A stretch of DNA of 64,000 nucleotides from Rebecca billardiae RCC1528 (lineage: Eukaryota > Protista > Haptophyta). Position numbers and translations under genes: made by a program. The stretch covers positions 496,001 through 560,000 of the forward strand of contig OZ251252.1 in NCBI GenBank assembly GCA_965240325.2. Direction: 5' to 3'. How positions within the stretch are numbered: position 1 is the stretch's first letter; each line of letters starts with the position of its first letter. Below the pieces are notes generated by a model. The model had not been told where the DNA came from. It saw nothing but the letters and a program-made list of their open reading frames with translations, and did not search any database. Positions 46,901 to 60,775 of the stretch are shown piece by piece.

Positions 46901-48537
46901 GGGCCGGGCACGCCGACGTCGCTCGCCGACCTGTCGTCCAGGCTGGGCGTGCCGGTGGCCGAGCCGCCGTACAACCACGTGCCGCCCTCGCCGCCGCCCG
47001 CGCCGCCCTCGCCGCCGCGGCCGCCCTCGCCGCCGCCCGACCACGCCAATGAGGAGTACGTTGCGCTCCCAGTGGCCGTTCCGTACGCCTACCTGCAGGG
47101 CCTCACGCCCGAGGCGCTGGCTTCCAGGATCAACGGCCTGCTCGGCAACCTCGCCCTCGAGCTGGGCATCGACGTGTCGAGGCTCTCGCTCGAGGCGATG
47201 CTGGACCAGGGCGACGGCACGACGAGTCTCGTGATCAAGGTCACCACGGACGAGTCGGCGGGCGAGTCGCAGGTGGACCCGGCCTCCCAGCTCACGCCGA
47301 ACAGCGGGCCGGGCACACCGTCGTCGCTCACTGACCTGTCGGAGCGCCTGGGCCTGCCGATGGCCGAGCCGCCGTACAACCACGTGCCGCCCTCACCACC
47401 ACCCGCGCCGCCGTCGCCGCCATCACCTCCCTCTCCTCCCGCGCCGCCGCCCGACCTCGCCAACGAGGACTACCTCGCGCTCGAGCTTTCGCTCACGCCC
47501 GCGCAGCTCGAGGCCGCGCGGGAGGCGCTGCTGGGCTCGCTCGCGGCCGAGCTCGGCATCGACGCGTCTCGGCTCTCGTTCGAGGCGGTGACCGACCAGG
47601 GCGACGGCACGACCAAGCTCGTGTTGAAGCTGGCGACCGACCCGTCCGCTGGCGAGTCGTCCGTCGACCCGATGGGCCAGCTCACGCCGAACAACGGGCC
47701 GGGCACACCATCGTCGCTTGCAGATCTCTCGGAGCGGCTGGGCGTGCCGGTGGCCGAGCCGCCGTACAACCACGTGCCGCCGTCGCCACCTCCGGCGCCG
47801 CCGTCCCCACCGGTGTCACCGCCCATTCCATCGCCGCCTCCCGATCTCGAGCTGTACGATTTCGCCGCGGTGGTCATCAACTCGACCGAGGCTGCGTTTG
47901 GCGAGTTCTCGGTCGACTTCATCTCAGAGGTCGCCGCGGCGCTCGGCGTCGACCCTGCCCGGCTGTCCGTGCACCACGTCGAGGGGCTGAGCGACACGGC
48001 CACGCGCGTTGTGATCCGCGTCCGCAACGACCCGGCAGTCGACGATCCACCGGTGGACGTGGTGGGCACGCTGTCGCAAGGGCCGTCGACGCCCGCGCAG
48101 AAGCTGAGCAATGTGCTGGGCGTGCCCGTGCTCGACGTGCCGGACGCGTTCGAGCCGCCCTCGCCTCCGCCCGCAGCGCCGTCGCCGCCGCCCGACTTCC
48201 GCGTGGAGGACTACGTCGAGGTCCGACTCGACCTCACCCCGGCAGAGGCGGCCGCGGCGGCGGACGAGCTGCTGGCCGCGCTGGCGGAGGCGGCGGGCGT
48301 GGATCCGTCGCGCCTCTCGATCGAGCGGATCGAGCCGTTGGGCGAGGACGACGCCCTGGTCGTCATCAAGTCGACTGCCAACCCGGCCGCAGGCGAGACG
48401 ATGACCGACCTCTCGTCCATGCTCAAGCAACTGTCCGCGCAGCCGCAACCGCCCGCGCCGCTGGACGCGCTGAGCTCGGAGCTGCCCTACACGCTGATCG
48501 ACGTGCAGTGGCACATGCCGCCGTCCTCGCCGCCAGT

Positions 48538-48571
<34 letters not shown>

Positions 48572-50811
48572 CCCAACCTCGACACCGAGGAGTACCTCGG
48601 CCTGCACATCGACCTGACGGCGGACGACTTCATCAGCTCGACCATCCCGGCGACCTTGCTCGCGGCCGTTGCAGCCGAGCTGGGCGTCGATGCGTCCCGC
48701 CTGTCGCTCGAGGCCATCACGGACCAGGGCGACGGCACGACGAAGCTGGTGGTGAAGCACACGGCCGACCCGTCCGCGAGCGAGTCGCAGGTGGACCCGA
48801 CCTCCCAACTCACGCCGAACAGCGGGCCGGGCACGCCGTCGTCGCTCGCCGATCTCTCCTCGAGGCTAGGCGTGCCGTTGGTCAGCGAGCCGTTCAACCA
48901 CGTGCCACCGTCGCCGCCTCCCTCACCGCCATCGCCACCCTCACCGCCGTCGCCGCCGCCCGACCTCGCCTCGGAGGAGTACCTCGCGCTCGAGGTCTCG
49001 CTCACGCCGGCACAGCTGGACTCTGCTCGGGAGGCGCTGCTCGTCTCTCTCGCGGCCGAACTTGACATCGACATGTCTCGGCTCTCGTTCGAAGCGGTGA
49101 CGGCCTTGGGCGACGGCACGACCAAGCTGGTGGTGAAGCTCACCAGCGACCCGTCGGGTGAGTCGAAGGTGGACCCAACGGGCCAACTCACGCCGAACAA
49201 TGGGCCGGGCACGCCGTCGTCGCTCGCCGATCTGTCGTTGAGGCTGGGCGTGCCGGTGGCCGAGCCGCCGTACAACCACGTGCCGCCCTCGCCGCCGCCC
49301 GCGCCGCCATCGCCGCCGCAGCCTCCCGCGCCGCCGGCGCCGCCGCCCAACTACGCCAACGAGGAGTACCTCGCGCTCGAGCTCTCGCTCACGCCCGCGC
49401 AGCTCGAGGCTCAGCAGCAGGGCCTGCTCGGGTCGCTTGCCTCCGAGCTGGGCGTCGACGTGTCTCGGCTCTCGTTCGAGGCGGTGGTTGACCGGGGCGA
49501 TGGTACAACGAAGGTTGCGATCAAGCTCGCGACGAACCCGTCGGCCGGCGAGTCGAAGGTGGACCCGACCTCCCAGCTCACACCGAACAACGGGCCTGGC
49601 ACACCATCGTCGCTTGCAGATCTCTCGGAGCGGCTGGGCGTGCCGGTGGCCGAGCCGCCGTACAACCACGTGCCGCCCTCGCCGCCGCCCGCGCCGCCCT
49701 CGCCGCCCTCGCCGCCCGCGCCGCCGCCCGACCACGTCAGTGAGGAGTACCTCGCGCTCGAGATCTCGCTCACGCCTGCGCAGCTCGAGGCTGCGAGTGA
49801 CGCCCTACTTGGCTCGCTGGCGGCCGAGCTGGGCGTCGACGTGTCTCGGCTCTCGTTTGAGGCGGTGACCGACCAGGGCGACGGCACCACCAAGCTGGTG
49901 GTCAAAGTGAAGACCAACCTGGGCGAGTCGAAGCCAAATGCGACGGCCCAGCTCACGCCGAGGAGCGGGCCGGGCACGCCGGCGTCGCTCACCGATCTCT
50001 CTGAGAGGCTGGGCGTGCCGGTGGTGGAGTCGCCGTACAACCATGTGCCGCCCTCGCCGCCGCCCGCGCCCCCGTCGCCACCTGATCCGCCGCCGTCCCC
50101 TTCGCCGCCGCCCAACCTCGAGCTGTACGACTACGCGAGAGTGCGGGTCAACTCGACCGAGTTTGCGTTCGAGGAGTTCTCGATCGACTTCTTGGCCAAG
50201 GTGGCCGAGGCGCTTGGCGTGGACGTGGAGCGACTGTCGGTGCACGCGACGAACGTGCTCAGCGACACGACGACGCGCGTGGTGATCCGCATCCGCAACG
50301 ATCCGTCGGTCGGCGACGCGCCTGTGAACATCGTGGAGAAGCTCTCGCAGGTTCCTGCGCCGCTCTCGCCCGTGCAGAAGCTGAGCGACACGTTGGGCGT
50401 GCCCGTCCTCGACGTGCCGGACGCATTCGAGCCGCCCTCGCCTCCGCCCGCAGCGCCGTCGCCGCCGCCCGACTTCCGCGTGGAGGACTACGTCGAGGTC
50501 CGACTCGACCTGACCCCGGCAGAGGCGGCCGCGGCGGCGGACGAGCTGCTGGCCGCGCTGGCGGAGGCGGCGGGCGTGGACCCGTCGCGCCTCTCGATCG
50601 AGCGGATCGAGCCGGTGGGCGAGGACGACGCCCTGGTCGTCATCAAGTCGACTGTAAACCCGGCCGCAGGCGAGACGCTGACCGACCTCTCGTCCGTGCT
50701 GCAGCAGCTGTCCGAGCAGCCGCCGCAGGCGCCTCTGGACGCGCTGAGCTCGGAGCTGCCGTACACGCTGATCGACGTGCAGTGGCACATGCCGCCGTCC
50801 TCGCCGCCAGT

Positions 50812-50845
<34 letters not shown>

Positions 50846-51578
50846 CCCAACCTCGACACCGAAGAGTACCTCGGCCTGCACATCGACCTGACGGCCGGCG
50901 AGCTTGCGAGCGCGTCCAACGCGACGACACTGCTCGCGTCCGTCGCTGCCGAGCTCGGCATCGCGGCATCGCGGCTGTCGTTCGAGGCGGTGACGGAGCA
51001 GGGCGACGGCACGACCAAGGTGGTGCTCAAGCTCATCACGGACGAGTCGGCGGGCGAGTCGCAGGTGGACCCGACATCTCAACTCACACCGAACAACGGG
51101 CCGGGCACGCCTGCGTCTCTGGACGAGCTCTCGTCGAGGCTGGGCGTGCCGATGGTCGCCGCGCCGTTTAGCCACGTGCCGCCCTCGCCGCCGCCTGCGC
51201 CGCCCTCGCCGCCCTCGCCGCCGGCACCGCCGCCCGACCTCGCCAACGAGGAGTACGTTGCGCTCGAGTTGGCGCTGACGCCGACGCAGCTCGAAGCTGC
51301 GCGCGCGGCACTGCTCGTTTCGCTCGCCGCCGAGCTGGGCGTCGACGTGTCTCGGCTCTTGTTTGAGGCTGTGACCGACCAGGGCGACGGCACGACCAAG
51401 CTCGTGGCTAGGCTGACGACGAACACGTTCGCCGGCGAGTCGAAGGTCGACCCGACGGGCCAACTCAAGCCGAACAACGGGCCGGGTACGCCGTCGTCGC
51501 TCGCCGATCTCTCGTCGAGGCTGGGCGTGCCGGTGGCCGAGCCGCCGTACAACCATGTGCCGCCCTCGCCGCCACCCG

Positions 51579-51643
<65 letters not shown>

Positions 51644-53097
51644 GCGCCGCCGCCTGACCACGCCAACGAGGAGTACCTCGCGCTTGAGATCTCGCTCACG
51701 CCCGCGCAGCTCGAGGCCGCGCGGGAGGCGCTGGTGGCCTCGCTTGCGGCCGAGCTGGGCGTCGACGCGTCTCGGCTCTCGTTCGAGGCGGTGGCCGACC
51801 AGGGCGACGGCACGGCCAAGCTCGTGGTGAAGCTGACGACCGACCCGTCCGCGGGCGAGTCGTTGGTGGACCCCACAAGCAGGCTCACGCCGAACAACGG
51901 GCCGGGTACGCCGTCGTCGCTGGCGGATCTGTCCTCGAGGCTTGGCGTGCCGGTGGCCGAGCCGCCGTACAACCACGTGCCGCCCTCGCCGCCGCCCTCG
52001 CCGCCTTCCCCTGCGCCGCCGCCCGACCACGCCAGTGAGGAGTACCTCGCGCTGGAGCTCGCGCTCACGCCGGCGCAGCTCGAGGCTCAGCAGCAGGACC
52101 TGCTGGCGGCGCTTGCCTCCGAGCTGGGCGTCGACGTGTCTCGGCTCTCGTTCGAGGCGGTGGCCGACCAGGGCGACGGCACAACCAAGCTCGTGTTGAA
52201 GCTGACGACCGACCCGTCCGCGGGCGAGTCGTTGGTGGACCCCACAAGCAGGCTCACGCCAAACAACGGGCCGGGTACGCCGACGTCGCTCGCCGATCTT
52301 TCTGAGAGGCTGGGTGTGCCGGTGGCCGAGCCACCGTACAACCACGTGCCGCCCTCGCCGCCGCCCTCGCCGCCGCTGCCGCCCTCGCCGCCGCCCAACC
52401 TCGAGCTGTACGACTACGCGAGAGTGCGGGTCAACTCGACCGAGTTTGCGTTCGAGGAGTTTTCGATCGACTTCTTGGCCAAGGTGGCCGAGGCGCTCGG
52501 CGTGGACGTGGAGCGACTGTCGGTGCACGCGACGAACGTGCTCAGCGACACGACGACGCGCGTGGTGATCCGCATCCGCAACGATCCGTCGGTCGGCGAC
52601 GCGCCTGTGAACATCGTGGAGAAGCTCTCGCAGGTTCCTGCGCCGCTCTCGCCCGTGCAGAAGCTGAGTGACGTGTTGGGCGTGCCCGTGCTCGACGTGC
52701 CGGACGCGTTCGAGCCGCCCTCGCCTCCGCCCGCAGCGCCGTCGCCGCCGCCCGACTTCCGCGTGGAGGACTACGTCGAGGTCCGACTCGACCTCACCCC
52801 GGCAGAGGCGGCCGCGGCGGCGGACGAGCTGCTGGCCGCGCTGGCGGAGGCGGCGGGCGTGGACCCGTCGCGCCTCTCGATCGAGCGGATCGAGCCGGTG
52901 GGCGAGGACGACTCCTTGGTCGTCATCAAATCGACTGTAAACCCGGCCGCAGGCGGCGAGACGCTGACCGACCTCTCATCCTTGCTGCAGCAGCTGTCCG
53001 AGCAGCCGCCGCAGGCGCCTCTGGACGCGCTGAGCTCGGAGCTGCCGTACACGCTGATCGACGTGCAGTGGCACATGCCGCCGTCCTCGCCGCCAGT

Positions 53098-53131
<34 letters not shown>

Positions 53132-53864
53132 CCCAACCTCGACACCGAGGAGTACCTCGGCCTGCACATCGACCTGACGGCCGGCGAGCTTGCGAGTGCG
53201 TCCAACGCGACGACACTGCTCGCGTCCGTCGCTGCCGAGCTCGGCATCGCGGCATCGCGGCTGTCGTTCGAGGCGGTGACGGAGCAGGGCGACGGCACGA
53301 CCAAGGTGGTGCTCAAGCTCACCACGGATGAGTCGGCGGGCGAGTCGCAGGTGGACCCGACATCTCAACTCACACCGAACAACGGGCCGGGCACGCCTGC
53401 GTCTCTGGACGAGCTCTCGTCGAGGCTAGGCGTGCCGATGGTCGCCGCGCCGTTTAGCCACGTGCCGCCCTCGCCGCCGCCTGCGCCGCCCTCGCCGCCC
53501 TCGCCGCCGGCACCGCCGCCCGACCTCGCCAACGAGGAGTACGTTGCGCTCGAGTTGGCGCTGACGCCGACGCAGCTCGAAGCTGCGCACGCGGCACTGC
53601 TCGTTTCGCTCGCCGCCGAGCTGGGCGTCGACGTGTCTCGGCTCTTATTTGAGGCTGTGACCGACCAGGGCGACGGCACGACCAAGCTCGTGATTAAGCT
53701 GACGACGAACACGTTCGCCGGCGAGTCGAAGGTCGACCCGACGGGCCAACTCAAGCCGAACAACGGGCCGGGTACGCCGTCGTCGCTCGCCGATCTCTCG
53801 TCGAGGCTGGGCGTGCCGGTGACGGAGTACCCGTACAACCACGTGCCGCCCTCGCCGCCACCCG

Positions 53865-53899
<35 letters not shown>

Positions 53900-55377
53900 C
53901 CCTCGCCGCCCTCGCCGCCCGCGCCGCCCGCGCCGCCGCCTGACCACGCCAACGAGGAGTACCTCGCGCTCGAGATCTCGCTCACGCCCGCGCAGCTCGA
54001 GGCCGCGCGGGAGGCGCTGCTCGGCGCGCTCTCGACCGAGCTGGGCGTCGACGCGTCTCGGCTCTCGTTCGAGGCGGTGGCCGACCAGGGCGACGGCACA
54101 ACCAAGCTCGTGTTGAAGCTGATGACCGACCCGTCCGCGGGCGAGTCGTTGGTGGACCCCACAAGCAGGCTCACGCCAAACAACGGGCCGGGTACGCCAA
54201 CGTCGCTCGCCGATCTCTCTGAGAGGCTGGGCGTGCCGGTGGCCGAGCCGCCGTACAACCACGTGCCACCCTCGCCGCCGCCCTCGCCGCCTTCCCCTGC
54301 GCCGCCGCCCGACCACGCCAGTGAGGAGTACCTCGCGCTGGAGCTCGCGCTCACGCCGGCGCAGCTCGAGGCTCAGCAGCAGGACCTGCTGGCGGCGCTT
54401 GCCTCCGAGCTCGGCATCGACGTGTCTCGGCTCTCGTTCGAGGCGGTGGCCGACCAGGGCGACAGCACAACCAAGCTCGTGTTGAAGCTGACGACCGACC
54501 CGTCCGCGGGCGAGTCGTTGGTAGACCCCACAAGCAGGCTCACGCCAAACAACGGGCCGGGTACGCCGACGTCGCTCGCCGATCTCTCTGAGAGGCTGGG
54601 TGTGCCGGTGGCCGAGCCGCCGTACAACCACGTGCCGCCCTCGCCGCCGCCCTCGCCGCCGCTGCCGCCCTCGCCGCCGCCCAACCTCGAGCTGTACGAC
54701 TACGCGCGAGTGCGGGTCAACTCGACCGAGTTTGCGTTCGAGGAGTTCTCGATCGACTTCTTGGCCAAGGTGGCCGAGGCGCTCGGCGTGGACGTGGAGC
54801 GACTGTCGGTGCACGCGACGAACGTGCTGAGCGACACGACGACGCGCGTGGTGATCCGCATCCGCAACGATCCGTCGGTCGGCGACGCGCCTGTGAACAT
54901 CGTGGAGAAGCTTTCGCAGGTTCCTGCGCCGCTCTCGCCCGTGCAGAAGCTGAGTGACATGCTGGGCGTGCCCGTCCTCGACGTGCCGGACGCGTTCGAG
55001 CCGCCCTCGCCTCCGCCAGCGCCGTCGCCGCCGCCTGACTTCCGCGTGGAGGACTACGTCGAGGTCCGACTCGACCTCACCCCGGCAGAGGCGGCCGCGG
55101 CGGCGGACGAGCTGCTGGCCGCGCTGGCGGAGGCGGCGGGCGTGGACCCGTCGCGCCTCTCGATCGAGCGGATCGAGCCGGTGGGCGAGGACGACGCCCT
55201 GGTCGTCATCAAGTCGACTGTAAACCCGGCCGCAGGCGAGACGCTGACCGACCTCTCGTCCGTGCTGCAGCAGCTGTCCGAGCAGCCGCCGCAGGCGCCG
55301 CTGGACGCGCTGAGCTCGGAGCTGCCGTACACGCTGATCGACGTGCAGTGGCACATGCCGCCGTCCTCGCCGCCAGT

Positions 55378-55411
<34 letters not shown>

Positions 55412-56144
55412 CCCAACCTCGACACCGAACAATACCTCGGCCTTCACATCGACCTGACGGCCGGCGAGCTTGCGAGCGCGTCCAACGCGACGACACTGCT
55501 CGCGTCCGTCGCTGCCGAGCTCGGCATCGCGGCATCGCGGCTGTCGTTCGAGGCGGTGACGGAGCAGGGCGACGGCACGACCAAGGTGGTGCTCAAGCTC
55601 ACCACGGACGAGTCGGCGGGCGAGTCGCAGGTGGACCCGACATCTCAACTCACACCGAACAACGGGCCGGGCACGCCTGCGTCTCTGGACGAGCTCTCGT
55701 CGAGGCTAGGCATGCCGATGGTCGCCGCGCCGTTTAGCCACGTGCCGCCCTCGCCGCCGCCTGCGCCGCCCTCGCCGCCCTCGCCGCCGGCACCGCCGCC
55801 CGACCTCGCCAACGAGGAGTACGTTGCGCTCGAGTTGGCGCTGACGCCGACGCAGCTCGAAGCTGCGCGCGCGGCACTGCTCGTTTCGCTCGCCACCGAG
55901 CTGGGCGTCGACGTGTCTCGGCTCTCGTTCGAGGCTGTGACCGCCCAGGGCGACGGCATGACCAAGGTGGTGGTCAAAGTCAAGACCGACCCGTCGGCCG
56001 GCGAGTCGAAGGTCGACCCGACATCTCAACTCACACCGAACAATGGGCCGGGCACACCATCGTCGCTTGCGGATCTCTCGTCGAGGCTGGGCGTGCCGGT
56101 TGCCGAGCCGCCGTACAACCACGTGCCGCCCTCGCCGCCACCCG

Positions 56145-56209
<65 letters not shown>

Positions 56210-57663
56210 GCGCCGCCGCCTGACCACGCCAACGAGGAGTACCTCGCGCTTGAGATCTCGCTCACGCCCGCGCAGCTCGAGGCCGCGCGGGAGGCGCTGG
56301 TGGCCTCGCTTGCGGCCGAGCTGGGCGTCGACGCGTCTCGGCTCTCGTTCGAGGCGGTGGCCGACCAGGGCGACGGCACGGCCAAGCTCGTGGTGAAGCT
56401 GGCGACCGACCCGTCCGCGGGCGAGTCGTTGGTGGACCCCACAAGCAGGCTCACGCCGAACAACGGGCCGGGTACGCCAACGTCGCTGGCTGATCTGTCC
56501 TCGAGGCTTGGCGTGCCGGTGGCCGAGCCGCCGTACAACCACGTGCCGCCCTCGCCGCCGCCCTCGCCGCCTTCCCCTGCGCCGCCGCCCGACCACGCCA
56601 GTGAGGAGTACCTCGCGCTGGAGCTCGCGCTCACGCCGGCGCAGCTCGAGGCTCAGCAGCAGGACCTGCTGGCGGCGCTTGCCTCCGAGCTGGGCGTCGA
56701 CGTGTCTGGGCTCTCGTTCGAGGCGGTGGCCGACCAGGGCGACGGCACAACCAAGCTCGTGTTGAAGCTGACGACCGACCCGTCCGCGGGCGAGTCGTTG
56801 GTGGACCCCACAAGCAGGCTCACGCCAAACAACGGGCCGGGTACGCCAACGTCGCTCGCCGATCTCTCTGAGAGGCTGGGCGTGCCGGTGGCTGAGCCGC
56901 CGTACAACCACGTGCCACCCTCGCCGCCGCCCTCGCCGCCGCTGCCGCCCTCGCCGCCGCCCAACCTCGAGCTGTACGACTACGCGAGAGTGCGGGTCAA
57001 CTCGACCGAGTTTGCGTTCGAGGAGTTCTCGATCGACTTCTTGGCCAAGGTGGCCGAGGCGCTCGGCGTGGACGTGGAGCGACTGTCGGTGCACGCGACG
57101 AACGTGCTGAGCGACACGACGACGCGCGTGGTGATCCGCATCCGCAACGATCCGTCGGTCGGGGACGCGCCTGTGAACATCGTGGAGAAGCTCTCGCAGG
57201 TTCCTGCGCCGCTCTCGCCCGTGCAGAAGCTGAGTGACGTGTTGGGCGTGCCCGTGCTCGACGTGCCGGACGCGTTCGAGCCGCCCTCGCCTCCGCCCGC
57301 AGCGCCGTCGCCGCCGCCCGACTTCCGCGTGGAGGACTACGTCGAGGTCCGACTCGACCTCACCCCGGCAGAGGCGGCCGCGGCGGCGGATGAGCTGCTG
57401 GCCGCGCTGGCGGAGGCGGCGGGCGTGGACCCGTCGCGCCTCTCGATCGAGCGGATCGAGCCGGTGGGCGAGGACGACTCCTTGGTCGTCATCAAATCGA
57501 CGGCCAACCCGGCCGCAGGCGGCGAGACGCTGACCGACCTCTCATCCTTGCTGCAGCAGCTGTCCGAGCAGCCGCCGCAGGCGCCTCTGGACGCGCTGAG
57601 CTCGGAGCTGCCGTACACGCTGATCGACGTGCAGTGGCACATGCCGCCGTCCTCGCCGCCAGT

Positions 57664-57697
<34 letters not shown>

Positions 57698-58430
57698 CCC
57701 AACCTCGACACCGAGGAGTACCTCGGCCTGCACATCGACCTGACGGCCGGCGAGCTTGCGAGTGCGTCCAACGCGACGACACTGCTCGCGTCCGTCGCTG
57801 CCGAGCTCGGCATCGCGGCATCGCGGCTGTCGTTCGAGGCGGTGACGGAGCAGGGCGACGGCACGACCAAGGTGGTGCTCAAGCTCACCACGGACGAGTC
57901 GGCGGGCGAGTCGCAGGTGGACCCGACATCTCAACTCACACCGAACAACGGGCCGGGCACGCCTGCGTCTCTGGACGAGCTCTCGTCGAGGCTAGGCGTG
58001 CCGATGGTCGCCGCGCCGTTTAGCCACGTGCCGCCCTCGCCGCCGCCTGCGCCGCCCTCGCCGCCCTCGCCGCCGGCACTGCCGCCCGACCTCGCCAACG
58101 AGGAGTACGTTGCGCTCGAGTTGGCGCTGACGCCGACGCAGCTCGAAGCTGCGCACGCGGCACTGCTCGTTTCGCTCGCCACCGAGCTGGGCGTCGACGT
58201 GTCTCGGCTCTTATTTGAGGCTGTGACCGACCAGGGCGACGGCACGACCAAGCTGGTGGTGAAGCTGACGACGAACACGTTCGCCGGCGAGTCGAAGGTC
58301 GACCCGACGGGCCAACTCAAGCCGAACAACGGGCCGGGTACGCCGTCGTCGCTCGCCGATCTCTCGTCGAGGCTGGGCGTGCCGGTGACGGAGTACCCGT
58401 ACAACCACGTGCCGCCCTCGCCGCCACCCG

Positions 58431-58465
<35 letters not shown>

Positions 58466-59943
58466 CCCTCGCCGCCCGCGCCGCCCGCGCCGCCCGCGCC
58501 GCCGCCTGACCACGCCAACGAGGAGTACCTCGCGCTTGAGATCTCGCTCACGCCCGCGCAGCTCGAGGCCGCGCGGGAGGCGCTGGTGGCCTCGCTTGCG
58601 GCCGAGCTGGGCGTCGACGCGTCTCGGCTCTCGTTCGAGGCGGTGGCCGACCAGGGCGACGGCACAACCAAGCTCGTGGTGAAGCTGACGACCGACCCGT
58701 CCGCGGGCGAGTCGTTGGTGGACCCCACAAGCAGGCTCACGCCAAACAACGGGCCGGGTACGCCAACGTCGCTCGCCGATCTCTCTGAGAGGCTGGGCGT
58801 GCCGGTGGCCGAGCCGCCGTACAACCACGTGCCACCCTCGCCGCCGCCCTCGCCGCCTTCCCCTGCGCCGCCGCCCGACCACGCCAGTGAGGAGTACCTC
58901 GCGCTGGAGCTCGCGCTCACGCCGGCGCAGCTCGAGGCTCAGCAGCAGGACCTGCTGGCGGCGCTTGCCTCCGAGCTCGGCATCGATGTGTCTCGGCTCT
59001 CGTTCGAGGCGGTGGCCGACCAGGGCGACGGCACAACCAAGCTCGTGTTGAAGCTGACGACCGACCCGTCCGCGGGCGAGTCGTTGGTGGACCCCACAAG
59101 CAGGCTCACGCCAAACAACGGGCCGGGTACGCCGACGTCGCTCGCCGATCTCTCTGAGAGGCTGGGTGTGCCGGTGGCCGAGCCGCCGTACAACCACGTG
59201 CCACCCTCGCCGCCGCCCTCGCCGCCGCTGCCGCCCTCGCCGCCGCCCAACCTCGAGCTGTACGACTACGCGCGAGTGCGGGTCAACTCGACCGAGTTTG
59301 CGTTCGAGGAGTTCTCGATCGACTTCTTGGCCAAGGTGGCCGAGGCGCTCGGCGTGGACGTGGAGCGACTGTCGGTGCACGCGACGAACGTGCTGAGCGA
59401 CACGACGACGCGCGTGGTGATCCGCATCCGCAACGATCCGTCGGTCGGCGACGCGCCTGTGAACATCGTGGAGAAGCTTTCGCAGGTTCCTGCGCCGCTC
59501 TCGCCCGTGCAGAAGCTGAGTGACATGCTGGGCGTGCCCGTCCTCGACGTGCCGGACGCGTTCGAGCCGCCCTCGCCTCCGCCAGCGCCGTCGCCGCCGC
59601 CTGACTTCCGCGTGGAGGACTACGTCGAGGTCCGACTCGACCTCACCCCGGCAGAGGCGGCCGCGGCGGCGGACGAGCTGCTGGCCGCGCTGGCGGAGGC
59701 GGCGGGCGTGGACCCGTCGCGCCTCTCGATCGAGCGGATCGAGCCGGTGGGCGAGGACGACGCCCTGGTCGTCATCAAGTCGACTGTAAACCCGGCCGCA
59801 GGCGAGACGCTGACCGACCTCTCGTCCGTGCTGCAGCAGCTGTCCGAGCAGCCGCCGCAGGCGCCGCTGGACGCGCTGAGCTCGGAGCTGCCGTACACGC
59901 TGATCGACGTGCAGTGGCACATGCCGCCGTCCTCGCCGCCAGT

Positions 59944-59977
<34 letters not shown>

Positions 59978-60710
59978 CCCAACCTCGACACCGAACAGTA
60001 CCTCGGCCTTCACATCGACCTGACGGCCGGCGAGCTTGCGAGCGCGTCCAACGCGACGACACTGCTCGCGTCCGTCGCTGCCGAGCTCGGCATCGCGGCA
60101 TCGCGGCTGTCGTTCGAGGCGGTGGCGGAGCAGGGCGACGGCACGACCAAGGTGGTGCTCAAGCTCACCACGGACGAGTCGGCGGGCGAGTCGCAGGTGG
60201 ACCCGACATCTCAACTCACACCGAACAACGGGCCGGGCACGCCTGCGTCTCTGGACGAGCTCTCGTCGAGGCTAGGCGTGCCGATGGTCGCCGCGCCGTT
60301 TAGCCACGTGCCGCCCTCGCCGCCGCCTGCGCCGCCCTCGCCGCCCTCGCCGCCGGCACCGCCGCCCGACCTCGCCAACGAGGAGTACGTTGCGCTCGAG
60401 TTGGCGCTGACGCCGACGCAGCTCGAAGCTGCGCGCGCGGCACTGCTCGTTTCGCTCGCCACCGAGCTGGGCGTCCACGTGTCTCGGCTCTCGTTCGAGG
60501 CTGTGACCGCCCAGGGCGACGGCATGACCAAGGTGGTGGTCAAAGTCAAGACCGACCCGTCGGCCGGCGAGTCGAAGGTCGACCCGACATCTCAACTCAC
60601 ACCGAACAATGGGCCGGGCACACCATCGTCGCTTGCGGATCTCTCGTCGAGGCTGGGCGTGCCGGTTGCCGAGCCGCCGTACAACCACGTGCCGCCCTCG
60701 CCGCCACCCG

Positions 60711-60775
<65 letters not shown>
